64,000 bases of DNA from Chloroflexota bacterium (GTDB lineage: Bacteria; Chloroflexota; Anaerolineae; Anaerolineales; UBA4823). The first letter of the stretch is position 1; each line of letters opens with the position of its first letter. This document shows positions 52,503 to 60,924 of the stretch, piece after piece. A program made the translations under genes and the position numbers. The notes beneath the pieces were generated by a model. That model searched no databases and had not been told where the DNA came from. It worked only from the letters and a program-made list of their open reading frames with translations. The DNA is taken from positions 7,800-71,799 of the forward strand of contig JAQBDA010000315.1 of assembly GCA_032124675.1 (NCBI GenBank), written 5' to 3'.

Positions 52503-53111
52503 ATGCTGACAGTGGTTATTCAGGCAGGAGGCGAGTCCCGGCGAATGGGGAGAGATAAAGCCCTGCTGCCGTTTCGCGGGCAGCCGCTTGTCGAGCGTGT
52601 GATCGGGAGGGTTGCCCACCTGGCAGATGAGCTCCTGGTTACCACCAACCACCCTCTGGATTATACGTTCCTCGGGCTGCCGCTTCACACCGACCTACAC
52701 CCCGGACGGGGCGCATTGGGCGGGTTGTTTACCGCCCTGAGCGCGGCCAGCCAACAGCTGGTTGCCGTGGTTGCTTGTGATATGCCTTTCGTGAGTGCCG
52801 ACCTGCTGGTTTACCAGCGGGACTTGCTGATTGCAGGTCTGCATGACGCCGCTATTCCCCTTTCCCCAGGTGGTGTAGAGCCATTCCACGCCGTCTACAG
52901 CCGGAGCGCTTGCCTGCCTGCGATTGAAGAGTCGATCCTCGCAGACCGGTGGCGGGTCAACTCATGGTTCGATAGAGTCGATATCCGCTTCCTGTCACCG
53001 GCAGAGGTTGAGTCCCGCGATCCGCACCGGCTGGCATTCCGCAACGTTAATACACCTGAAGAGCTTGCAGAAGCTGAGCAGTTCGCAGAAGGGCTTGATA
53101 ATACGCTCTGA
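52503..53111 (+). CDS. mobA: molybdenum cofactor guanylyltransferase
   Basis: 202 aa. VIQAGGESRRMGRDKALLPF signature. Confidence 0.85.
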   Translation: MLTVVIQAGGESRRMGRDKALLPFRGQPLVERVIGRVAHLADELLVTTNHPLDYTFLGLPLHTDLHPGRGALGGLFTALSAASQQLVAVVACDMPFVSADLLVYQRDLLIAGLHDAAIPLSPGGVEPFHAVYSRSACLPAIEESILADRWRVNSWFDRVDIRFLSPAEVESRDPHRLAFRNVNTPEELAEAEQFAEGLDNTL

Positions 53112-53112
53112 T

Positions 53113-54765
53113 TTACCCAAGCATGGGCATTTTGATCCCATGCCGCCGGGCTGCATCGATCGCCTGCTGGTAGCCCGCATCGGCATGGCGGACAATCCCC
53201 ATACCGGGGTCGCTGGTCAGGACGCGTTCCAGCCGGGCAGCCGCTTCGCGTGTGCCATCGGCAACGATCACCTGTCCGGCATGTTGGCTGAAACCGATGC
53301 CTACACCCCCACCATGGTGGAATGACACCCAGGTCGCTCCGCCCACAGCGTTGATCAAAGCGTTCAGGATAGCCCAATCGCTGACGGCATCACTGCCATC
53401 GAGCATTCCTTCGGTCTCCCGGTTGGGAGATGCAACCGACCCGGCATCAAGATGGTCGCGGCCGATGACGATCGGAGCTTTAACCAAACCTTCGGCAACC
53501 AGGTTGTTGAATGCCTGTCCCGCCTGGCTGCGCTCGCCATATCCCAGCCAGCAAATGCGCGCTGGCAGACCCTGGAAAGGGATTTTCTCGCGCGCCATCC
53601 TCAACCAGCGATGCAGGTGCTCATCATCGGGGAAAAGTTCCATCACGGTTTCATCGGTGGTGTAAATATCCTCGGGATCACCGGATAATGCCACCCAGCG
53701 GAATGGCCCCTTGCCCTCACAGAACAGCGGGCGGATATAGGCGGGGACGAAGCCCGGGAAGTCGAAAGCATCTTTCACTCCCTGCTCGAATGCGCGCTGG
53801 CGCAGGTTGTTGCCGTAGTCGAATACTTCCGCGCCGCGGCGCTGGAATTCGAGCATCGCCTGGATATGGTCTGCCATGGACTGCATGGAGGCGCGTTTAT
53901 AAGTATCGGGATCCCTGGTGCGCAGGCTATTTGCTTCGTCTACATCCATCCCGGCCGGGACATACATGAAAACATCATGGGCCGGGGTCTGGTCTGTGAC
54001 CACATCCGGTGTAACCCCGCGAATGACCAGCTCGGGATAAATCTCTGCTGCGTTGCCGATCAGCCCGATAGACCTTGGTGTCTCGCTCTGACAGGCTTCT
54101 TCGACCAGCGTCATGGCTTCTTCTAACGTGTCTACCACCACATCGATATAGCCCATTTCACGCCGGCGATGAGCGCGCGCCGGGTCAACTTCCACGACCA
54201 GACCAACGCCGTCATTCATGGTGATTGCCAGCGGCTGTGCGCCGCCCATTCCGCCCAACCCGGCTGTCAGCACGAATTTGCCTTTTAGAGAGCTCCAGCC
54301 TCGCTGGCTGGCGAGTGAGCCCAGTGTTTCATAAGTGCCTTGCAGGATGCCCTGTGTGCCGATATAGATCCAAGACCCCGCTGTCATCTGCCCGTACATC
54401 ATCAATCCTCTGGCAGATAGCTCGTCGAAATGTTCCTGGGTCGCCCAGTGCGGGACAAGGTTCGAGTTGGCGATCAGCACCCGCGGGGCATCGGAATGCG
54501 ATCGGAATACAACCACCGGCTTGCCGGATTGGACCAGCAGCGTCTCGTCATTCTCAAGTACGCGCAGCGCAGCCAGGATCGCATCAAAAGCTTCCCAGTT
54601 TCGGGCAGCCTGCCCACGACCGCCGTAAACCACCAGATCCTCTGGCCTTTCGGCAACTTCCGGGTCCAGGTTGTTCTGGATCATGCGGTATACTGCTTCG
54701 GTCAACCAAGATTTGCAGTTCAGCCGGGTCCCCCGGGGCGCACGGACCAGGCGAGCATCAGACAT
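53113..54765 (-). CDS. hutU: urocanate hydratase
   Basis: 550 aa. Full-length urocanase pattern including [12 protein letters not shown] and the NAD-domain blocks. Confidence 0.92.
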   Translation of the reverse strand: MSDARLVRAPRGTRLNCKSWLTEAVYRMIQNNLDPEVAERPEDLVVYGGRGQAARNWEAFDAILAALRVLENDETLLVQSGKPVVVFRSHSDAPRVLIANSNLVPHWATQEHFDELSARGLMMYGQMTAGSWIYIGTQGILQGTYETLGSLASQRGWSSLKGKFVLTAGLGGMGGAQPLAITMNDGVGLVVEVDPARAHRRREMGYIDVVVDTLEEAMTLVEEACQSETPRSIGLIGNAAEIYPELVIRGVTPDVVTDQTPAHDVFMYVPAGMDVDEANSLRTRDPDTYKRASMQSMADHIQAMLEFQRRGAEVFDYGNNLRQRAFEQGVKDAFDFPGFVPAYIRPLFCEGKGPFRWVALSGDPEDIYTTDETVMELFPDDEHLHRWLRMAREKIPFQGLPARICWLGYGERSQAGQAFNNLVAEGLVKAPIVIGRDHLDAGSVASPNRETEGMLDGSDAVSDWAILNALINAVGGATWVSFHHGGGVGIGFSQHAGQVIVADGTREAAARLERVLTSDPGMGIVRHADAGYQQAIDAARRHGIKMPMLG

Positions 54766-54874
54766 GATAAGCCTCCTTGTTAAACGAAAACTCCCCTTCC
54801 AATCCTGAGTAATCGGCTGAATGGGTTTTGAATTAACCAGATGGAGATTTTAGCCGATTACTAGCAATTTGCCA

Positions 54875-54927
54875 GCAATTCGCCATATATGATATCGCTT
54901 TTAATAAAGATACTTTCGGCGAATTGC
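54875..54927. promoter_or_regulatory. inverted repeat gcaattcgcc / ggcgaattgc (10 bp arms, 33-nt AT-rich spacer) in the hutU upstream region
   Basis: Arms at 54875-54884 and 54918-54927. The same GCAATTCGC core recurs at 55782-55834. Confidence 0.5.
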
Positions 54928-55037
54928 CTAGCAGGTGAAAAGGGATCAACCCCTCTCCATTAATCTGCGCAATCAATTATACGCTGGAAGGGGAGGCGAA
55001 AGGTCTGTAATTAACGGCTGAAAGGTGCAAACAATGA

Positions 55038-55070
55038 GGCATTGGCTTCGGAAATCCCGAAGCCAATGCC
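55038..55070 (-). terminator. rho-independent-type terminator hairpin downstream of the Rrf2 gene
   Basis: Perfect 14-bp stem ggcattggcttcgg / ccgaagccaatgcc with a 5-nt loop. On the minus strand it is followed by tcattgtttg. Confidence 0.6.
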
Positions 55071-55103
55071 CCACAATATTATCCGGTATGGAAGAGGCGC
55101 AGT

Positions 55104-55535
55104 TTAGTCTGCAGCGACCGCGAGCGCAGATTCTTTCTGGGTGAACTGCCCGAAGGTGGTGTTTTGGAGCCGGCTTACCAGCTCGAATTGAGCATCGCAC
55201 CATATCGGCTGCATGGGGCAAGTTTCACCGAACGTGCAGCTGCCACCGTTATCAGCCACGCACTCATTGAGCAGAATGGGGCCATCAATCGCTTCTACTA
55301 CTTCAAGCATCGATATCTCTTCTGGTGTGCGTGCCAGCGATACGCCGCCACGTGCGCCGCGAGAAGTTTGCAGGATGCCTGCTACGGATAACTGAGAAAC
55401 AATTTTTGCCAAAAAGGATGGCGGTATGCGCTGCTCCTGGGCAATCTGGCTTGTCGCGGCCCGCTGGTCGGAGCCTTTTTGGGCAAGATAGAGCACAGCT
55501 CGAACTGCGTAGTCTGCTTGGCGTGTGATTTGCAT
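55104..55535 (-). CDS. Rrf2 family transcriptional regulator (possible Fe-S cluster-binding)
   Basis: 143 aa. MQITRQADYAVRAVLYLA N-terminus. Cys cluster CVADNGGSCTFGETCP. Confidence 0.85.
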   Translation of the reverse strand: MQITRQADYAVRAVLYLAQKGSDQRAATSQIAQEQRIPPSFLAKIVSQLSVAGILQTSRGARGGVSLARTPEEISMLEVVEAIDGPILLNECVADNGGSCTFGETCPMQPIWCDAQFELVSRLQNTTFGQFTQKESALAVAAD

Positions 55536-55781
55536 GTCTTAATACTCCCTTTCCGGTCTTACGGATAAAATTTATTAGTGATATTTTAGACTGGTTTTAG
55601 CCTATTCACAAGTGACAGACATCATTGCTCAAGGATGACGGTTGTCTCAAGAATGTGACATTTTAGCCAATTCTGCTGCTTTACTAGGCGAGTCCGGATT
55701 CTGTAAACGATTTGTAAGTAGTGGATGGGGTAAGTCGTGCGAGTTTATGGTAAGATTGCTGCGGATGCTTGCTGTTACCTG

Positions 55782-55834
55782 GCAATTCGCTGAAAGAAAT
55801 TTAACAAATTCTTATACTGTTATCAGCGAATTGC
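55782..55834. promoter_or_regulatory. inverted repeat gcaattcgctga / tcagcgaattgc (12 bp arms, 29-nt spacer) in the Rrf2-ugd intergenic region
   Basis: Arms at 55782-55793 and 55823-55834, with the same core as 54875-54927. Confidence 0.5.
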
Positions 55835-56019
55835 TTAAGCAAACCACCATTCAAGCTAATACTTTTTGCAAAGGTTTCTTCGGTGGTTTGCACCGCATAG
55901 CAGGTATATATTTTTCGCTAGGGGTTAATCTGCGAATATTTCAATAATCTCAACCAGGAACAGAGATAGTATGTCACGAGGATGGTCAGTCTCTTAACCA
56001 GTGGAGGGTTAAACTGCTC

Positions 56020-57372
56020 ATGAAACAGATTTGTGTAATTGGTGTTGGTTATGTCGGTATCGTCACTGCAGCCTGTTTTTCGGACCTGGGCAACAGAGTG
56101 ATTGCCCTGGATATCGATGAAAAGAAGATCGATGGGCTGCTGAGGGGAGAAATGCCCATATACGAGCCAGGATTGAAGGAACTGATCGAGCGGAACGTCC
56201 GGTCAGGGCGGCTGTCGTTCACCACTTCCTATACCGAAGGATTGGATGGCAGCGAGTTTGTTTTCATCGCTGTCGGGACTCCTTCTGGGGTAGACGGTGA
56301 GGCAGACCTGCGCTATGTAGCCTCTGCGGCGCGCTCGGTAGCTGAAAATATGACCGCTCCGCTTATTGTGGTCAACAAATCCACAGTCCCGGTTGGTACT
56401 GGGGACTGGGCGGCTGACATTATCAAAAGCCACCAGAAGATGCCGGTACCATTCGCGGTTGTATCCTGTCCGGAGTTCCTGCGGGAAGGCTCCGCGATCA
56501 GCGATTTCATGCAGCCGCACCGCACTGTGCTCGGTTCGCTGGATGCTGAGGCTGCCGACAAAGTAGCCCAGCTGCACCTGCCGCTGCGAGCGCCGATCGT
56601 CATTACCGACCTGCGAACGGCTGAGATGATCAAGTATGCATCGAACGCTTTCCTGGCTACGAAGATCTCTTTTATCAACGAGATTGCCAATATCTGCGAG
56701 GCGCTTGGCGCTGATGTCAAGGAAGTCGCAGCCGGCATGGGCTACGATAACCGTATCGGTTCATCTTTCCTGGAGGCCGGATTGGGTTATGGCGGATCTT
56801 GTTTCCCCAAGGATGTGAAGGCTCTGACCTATATGGCTGCAGAGAAAGGCCGTCACCCACAGCTGTTGAACGCTGTGATGGAAATCAACAACGACCGCCG
56901 TCCGATGGCAGTTGTCCGGCTTACCGAGATGCTGGGTGACCTTTCGGGAAAAGTGATCGGTCTTTTGGGGCTTTCCTTTAAGCCGAATACAGACGATATG
57001 CGCGATGCCCCGGCGATCACCATCTCCGATGCACTCCTGGCGGGCGGTGCAGCCGTGCGGGGATATGACCCGGTGGCTATGAGCGTCGCCAAGGCATCAC
57101 TGCCGAGTGTTGAGATGTGCTCCGATCCATACACAATGGCAGAGGGGTGTGACGCGCTTGTGGTTGTTACTGAATGGAACGAGTTCAAGCAGCTCGACCT
57201 GGAGCGCATCCGCAACCTCATGCGCCGCCCGGTGGTTTTCGATGGGCGCAATATATATGACCCGGCGATTATGCGCCAGCTCGGTTTCGAATATCGCGGT
57301 GTGGGGCGCGGCTTTAATGGCTCTAAGCTCAACCTGGAGCCGAATGATTTCGAGGTCCATGTTCCTGCATAA
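56020..57372 (+). CDS. ugd: UDP-glucose 6-dehydrogenase
   Basis: 450 aa. [17 protein letters not shown], catalytic [16 protein letters not shown]. Confidence 0.92.
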   Translation: MKQICVIGVGYVGIVTAACFSDLGNRVIALDIDEKKIDGLLRGEMPIYEPGLKELIERNVRSGRLSFTTSYTEGLDGSEFVFIAVGTPSGVDGEADLRYVASAARSVAENMTAPLIVVNKSTVPVGTGDWAADIIKSHQKMPVPFAVVSCPEFLREGSAISDFMQPHRTVLGSLDAEAADKVAQLHLPLRAPIVITDLRTAEMIKYASNAFLATKISFINEIANICEALGADVKEVAAGMGYDNRIGSSFLEAGLGYGGSCFPKDVKALTYMAAEKGRHPQLLNAVMEINNDRRPMAVVRLTEMLGDLSGKVIGLLGLSFKPNTDDMRDAPAITISDALLAGGAAVRGYDPVAMSVAKASLPSVEMCSDPYTMAEGCDALVVVTEWNEFKQLDLERIRNLMRRPVVFDGRNIYDPAIMRQLGFEYRGVGRGFNGSKLNLEPNDFEVHVPA

Positions 57373-57401
57373 GTCGTAGAACTTCGGAAATGCCATTTTC
57401 G

Positions 57402-57450
57402 AAGCACCATCAAGATGGATCGGCAGTTAAGTCCACCCTTGATGGTGCTT
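57402..57450 (+). terminator. hairpin downstream of ugd
   Basis: 13-bp stem aagcaccatcaag / cttgatggtgctt with a 23-nt loop, followed by tggctttgttg. Confidence 0.4.
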
Positions 57451-57515
57451 TGGCTTTGTTGATAAATCCATGATAATCACCCCTGAAGTTATAATAGCAA
57501 CCGCGTGGTTTGAAG

Positions 57516-58409
57516 ATGGCAAATGACCGACCTCCCGTGTGCGATTACGATGGCTCTGACTACCAGACCAGTTTCTGGGAGCAGGGCGGGCGCGCCTACG
57601 AAGATCAGGTCGAAGCAATTGCTTTAGGCCGGTTGCTGCCCACAAGGGGAGATTTGATGCTGGAGATCGGGGCTGGTGCGGGGCGGAACACAGAACGTTA
57701 CCGCCATTTTGGGCGTATTGTGCTGCTGGACTATTCTTATACCCAGCTCCGCCAAGCTCAGGCCCGCCTGGGTGATAGCGATCGCTATATCTATGTCGCT
57801 GCGGATGCCTACCGGCTGCCGTTTGTGCCCGGATTGTTCGATGCGGCGACGATGATCCGCACGCTGCACCACATGGCTGACGCGCCCAGAAGCCTGCACC
57901 AGGTGCGGCAGGTGCTTCAGCCACGTGGAGTGTTCATTCTGGAGTATGCTAACAAGCAGAACTATAAGGCTATCTTGCGCTACTGGATGGGCAGACAAAC
58001 GTGGAGCCCCTTCTCGCTCGAGCCGGTAGAGTTTGCAGAACTGAATTTTGATTTTCACCCGATGGCCGTGCGCACATGGCTCCAAGCAGCGGGGTTCGAC
58101 GTCGCCCGCCAGCTGACGGTCTCTCATTACCGTATTGGCGTGCTCAAGCGCTGGGTGCCGCTGAAGCTGCTGGTCGCCATGGATTCAGCAGCGCAGTTAT
58201 CAGGAGACTGGTGGCAGTTGACCCCCAGCGTTTTCGTTCGAGCCGAGGCGCAGGGGGATGGAGAGGTTGCTGGAGAGGGTGCCTTCTTCCGCTGCCCGGA
58301 GTGCGGTCACCACCCGCTGGAAGAGGTACTACATGGGTTTGTCTGCCCGTCCTGCAAGCGACAATGGCGGCAGCAGGATGGCATCTACGATTTTCGACAA
58401 CCAGTATAG
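57516..58409 (+). CDS. class I SAM-dependent methyltransferase with C-terminal zinc ribbon
   Basis: LEIGAGAGRNT (motif I). C-terminal CPECGH...CPSCKRQWRQQDGIYDF. The track start 57510 is TTG; ATG at 57516. Confidence 0.8.
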   Translation: MANDRPPVCDYDGSDYQTSFWEQGGRAYEDQVEAIALGRLLPTRGDLMLEIGAGAGRNTERYRHFGRIVLLDYSYTQLRQAQARLGDSDRYIYVAADAYRLPFVPGLFDAATMIRTLHHMADAPRSLHQVRQVLQPRGVFILEYANKQNYKAILRYWMGRQTWSPFSLEPVEFAELNFDFHPMAVRTWLQAAGFDVARQLTVSHYRIGVLKRWVPLKLLVAMDSAAQLSGDWWQLTPSVFVRAEAQGDGEVAGEGAFFRCPECGHHPLEEVLHGFVCPSCKRQWRQQDGIYDFRQPV

Positions 58410-58419
58410 CTGCCGGCGA

Positions 58420-59175
58420 TCAACCTTCGATCACCTTCTCGATCACCCAATAATGTGAAAGCCCAAAAACACCCAAGGGCGTTCTCTCCATTCGCAGCAG
58501 CAGCGACCGCAAATTACGCCCCAGGGCAGGCGTGCGGGCGATGATATTGTCGTATGCGCCGAAGATCACCGTTCGCTCGATGTATTTCAGGGGCAGCCCG
58601 GCAAACAGGTGGGATAGATCGCGGCGGGTGTAAACTCGAACATGCGGTGCAAGGCGGTCCCGGATGCTGCGAGGCAGGTAATTAACCAGCGGGATATTCC
58701 CAAAATGATAGCGGCCACGCCAGAAGATGCCGTGCGTCTCGAAGGGATAGCCGCGGTTGGGGACGAACAGCGCCAGCCGTCCACCGGGGCGCAGCACGCG
58801 CAGCATTTCTTGGGCTGCTGATCGATCGTCCAGGACATGTTCCAGCACCTCGTGACTCAGTATGAAATCTATGCTTTCGTCGGGGAAGGGTAAATGCTCG
58901 CCGGCCGCGTTGATGACACGCTCTGACCTCTGCCGGGCTTGTACGGCACGGTCAAGCTCGTATTCCAGACCGATCACCTTTCCTGCGTGGGGTGCCAGAT
59001 GTTCGATATACGTGCCTATCCCGCAGCCGTTTTCGAGCACCAGTCCTGATAGGCGCTTGCCGGCGGCCTGCAGGATCATATTCAAGCGCCGCTCCTGCCC
59101 TGCACGCCAGACATACGAAGGCTCCCCGCGCAGGGCAGCCTTTTCCATATTCCGCTCAGGGTGAGGGAGGGTCAT
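58420..59175 (-). CDS. class I SAM-dependent methyltransferase
   Basis: VLENGCGIGTY (motif I), FILSHEVLEHV. ATG 59175 forms an ATGA overlap with the upstream stop; the longer alternative starts at 59187. Confidence 0.8.
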   Translation of the reverse strand: MTLPHPERNMEKAALRGEPSYVWRAGQERRLNMILQAAGKRLSGLVLENGCGIGTYIEHLAPHAGKVIGLEYELDRAVQARQRSERVINAAGEHLPFPDESIDFILSHEVLEHVLDDRSAAQEMLRVLRPGGRLALFVPNRGYPFETHGIFWRGRYHFGNIPLVNYLPRSIRDRLAPHVRVYTRRDLSHLFAGLPLKYIERTVIFGAYDNIIARTPALGRNLRSLLLRMERTPLGVFGLSHYWVIEKVIEG

Positions 59176-59648
59176 TTGATATCCCATTCCTGTTTAAAAC
59201 CGAACCCCTGGCGGTTATCTACCAGGCGCACCCAGCCCGGGAGAAAGGCATACAGGCGGTTCAGCGCCATGATATCTTTCATTCCAGATACAAAAGGGAA
59301 TTTTTGCAGGTAGGCTTGCCAGGCGATCTCCCATTCCAGTCCATCTTCCACCTGGACGACCTGGCCGCGCATCTGCAGGCCGCGAATATCCTGCCAGTCA
59401 GAGCACTGCGGGTATATGGCAGCCCCAGCGCGCCGTTCATAGGCAAGGTCTTGACCGTGCTGGCTTTTAGGGTCGGAGAAGAAGTAAAATCGCAGGCTTT
59501 CAGGGGGAGAAGTGGGAGTGCCGGTAAGTTGGGCGGCAAAATACACGGGCGCGGCATGCGGCAGCCCGGCTACCCCGGTCGTGGCCAGGGTCATGGTGGA
59601 TAGGGACAGCAGCTCAGTCAGGAGGTCGATTTGTCCATCCCTTTCCAT
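59172..59648 (-). CDS. pyridoxamine 5'-phosphate oxidase-like FMN-binding split-barrel protein
   Basis: 158 aa. TMTLATTGVAGLPHAAPVYF and later GLQMRGQV blocks typical of the PNPOx-like fold. Confidence 0.65.
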   Translation of the reverse strand: MERDGQIDLLTELLSLSTMTLATTGVAGLPHAAPVYFAAQLTGTPTSPPESLRFYFFSDPKSQHGQDLAYERRAGAAIYPQCSDWQDIRGLQMRGQVVQVEDGLEWEIAWQAYLQKFPFVSGMKDIMALNRLYAFLPGWVRLVDNRQGFGFKQEWDIK

Positions 59649-60223
59649 TCCAGGTACTCCTGGTTTTCGATCCCCAGTCGGGCAAGGATTCTACCGGCGG
59701 TGTTGTTGATCACATCCTGCAGGGTTTGCGGCCTGGCATAATAGGCAGGCACAGGCGGGAAGATGATCGCCCCAGCCTCAGCTGCCTGGCTAAGCAAGCG
59801 TATGTGGCCGCGGTGCAGCGGCGTTTCCCGGACGGCAAGCAGCAGCGGGCGGCCTTCTTTCAATGTCACATCAGCAGCACGTGAGATCAGATCATTGGCA
59901 TATGAGTTGGCGATAGCAGAGAGAGTCTTAATCGAACAAGGGACGACGACCATTCCCAGCGTGCTGAACGAGCCGGAGGCGATCGCAGCACCGATATCCT
60001 GGTGGTTGTAATTCACCTGTGCCAGACTCTGTACATCACTGACCTTCCAGGTTGTTTCCTGGGCGATCGTGGCGCGCGCCGCAGGGGAAAGCACCAGATG
60101 GGTCTCGATGCCCCCTGGTGCTAAGATCTCTAGCAGGCGGATGCCGATGATCACGCCAGAAGCCCCTGTAATGCCGATCACCAGGCGGCGCGGCGGGACG
60201 GTTTTGCGTTCATCATTGCTCAT
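59618..60223 (-). CDS. ubiX: UbiX family flavin prenyltransferase
   Basis: 201 aa. LVIGITGASGVIIGIRLLE and VVPCSIKTLSAIANSYA blocks. Confidence 0.9.
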   Translation of the reverse strand: MSNDERKTVPPRRLVIGITGASGVIIGIRLLEILAPGGIETHLVLSPAARATIAQETTWKVSDVQSLAQVNYNHQDIGAAIASGSFSTLGMVVVPCSIKTLSAIANSYANDLISRAADVTLKEGRPLLLAVRETPLHRGHIRLLSQAAEAGAIIFPPVPAYYARPQTLQDVINNTAGRILARLGIENQEYLEWKGMDKSTS

Positions 60224-60924
60224 TTTTTACCCCAATGGATGGCGACTGTGTCCAGCATATAGCGCCGGAAACCGACATTGCGGAATCCTGCCGAGAGCAT
60301 GCGCTCTGCCAACTGCTCGGCAGGCAAGAATGATTCGGTAGAGTCAGGCAGGTAGCGGTAGGCATCTGCTTCACCGCTGATCATCCCCCCTAAGGTGGGG
60401 ATTACGGTATGCAGGTGGAAGTTGATGAACGGCGCTAGGGGACTGCTCGGCGGGCGGGTAGTATCCAGCGCAACCATTACCCCGCCTGGTTTCAGCACCC
60501 GGTGCTGTTGGAACAGGCATCTGCGGATGTCGCTGACGTTGCGCAGCAAGAAGCCCGAGACAACGGCATGGAAGCTCTCATCCGGGTATGGGAGCCACAG
60601 TGCGTCGGCTGCGTTCCAATCGAAGCGGGATGCGCCCAGACGTGCTCTGCCCGCCCGCATCATTCCCAGGGTGAAATCTGCGGCAACCGTGCGGGAATCC
60701 GGATGCTGGCGGATGGCTTCTTGTGCCAGGTCACCGGTACCGGCACCCACATCGAGCAGATTGCCCGCCGGGGGAAGGTCTGCCCTGCGGATCACTTCTC
60801 TACGCCAGCGCACATCCTGCCCGAAGGTCATCAGGCGGTTCATCAGGTCATAGCGGTGGGCGATGCGGTTGAACATTCCCTGCACGTAGCGGGCGCGTTC
60901 GTTGCCAGTGAGATTGGCCATCAT
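60220..60924 (-). CDS. ubiE: demethylmenaquinone/ubiquinone methyltransferase UbiE/MenG
   Basis: 234 aa. MFNRIAHRYDLMNRLMTFGQDVRWRR and LDVGAGTGD. Confidence 0.88.
   Translation of the reverse strand: MMANLTGNERARYVQGMFNRIAHRYDLMNRLMTFGQDVRWRREVIRRADLPPAGNLLDVGAGTGDLAQEAIRQHPDSRTVAADFTLGMMRAGRARLGASRFDWNAADALWLPYPDESFHAVVSGFLLRNVSDIRRCLFQQHRVLKPGGVMVALDTTRPPSSPLAPFINFHLHTVIPTLGGMISGEADAYRYLPDSTESFLPAEQLAERMLSAGFRNVGFRRYMLDTVAIHWGKK

Noticed and set aside
55642-55947. 101-aa TTG-started ORF in the AT-rich Rrf2-ugd intergenic region
   Set aside because: It has a non-ATG start, no SD, odd composition and no recognisable family. It spans the inverted repeats, so the region is treated as regulatory or possible ncRNA instead. 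A small protein cannot be excluded.
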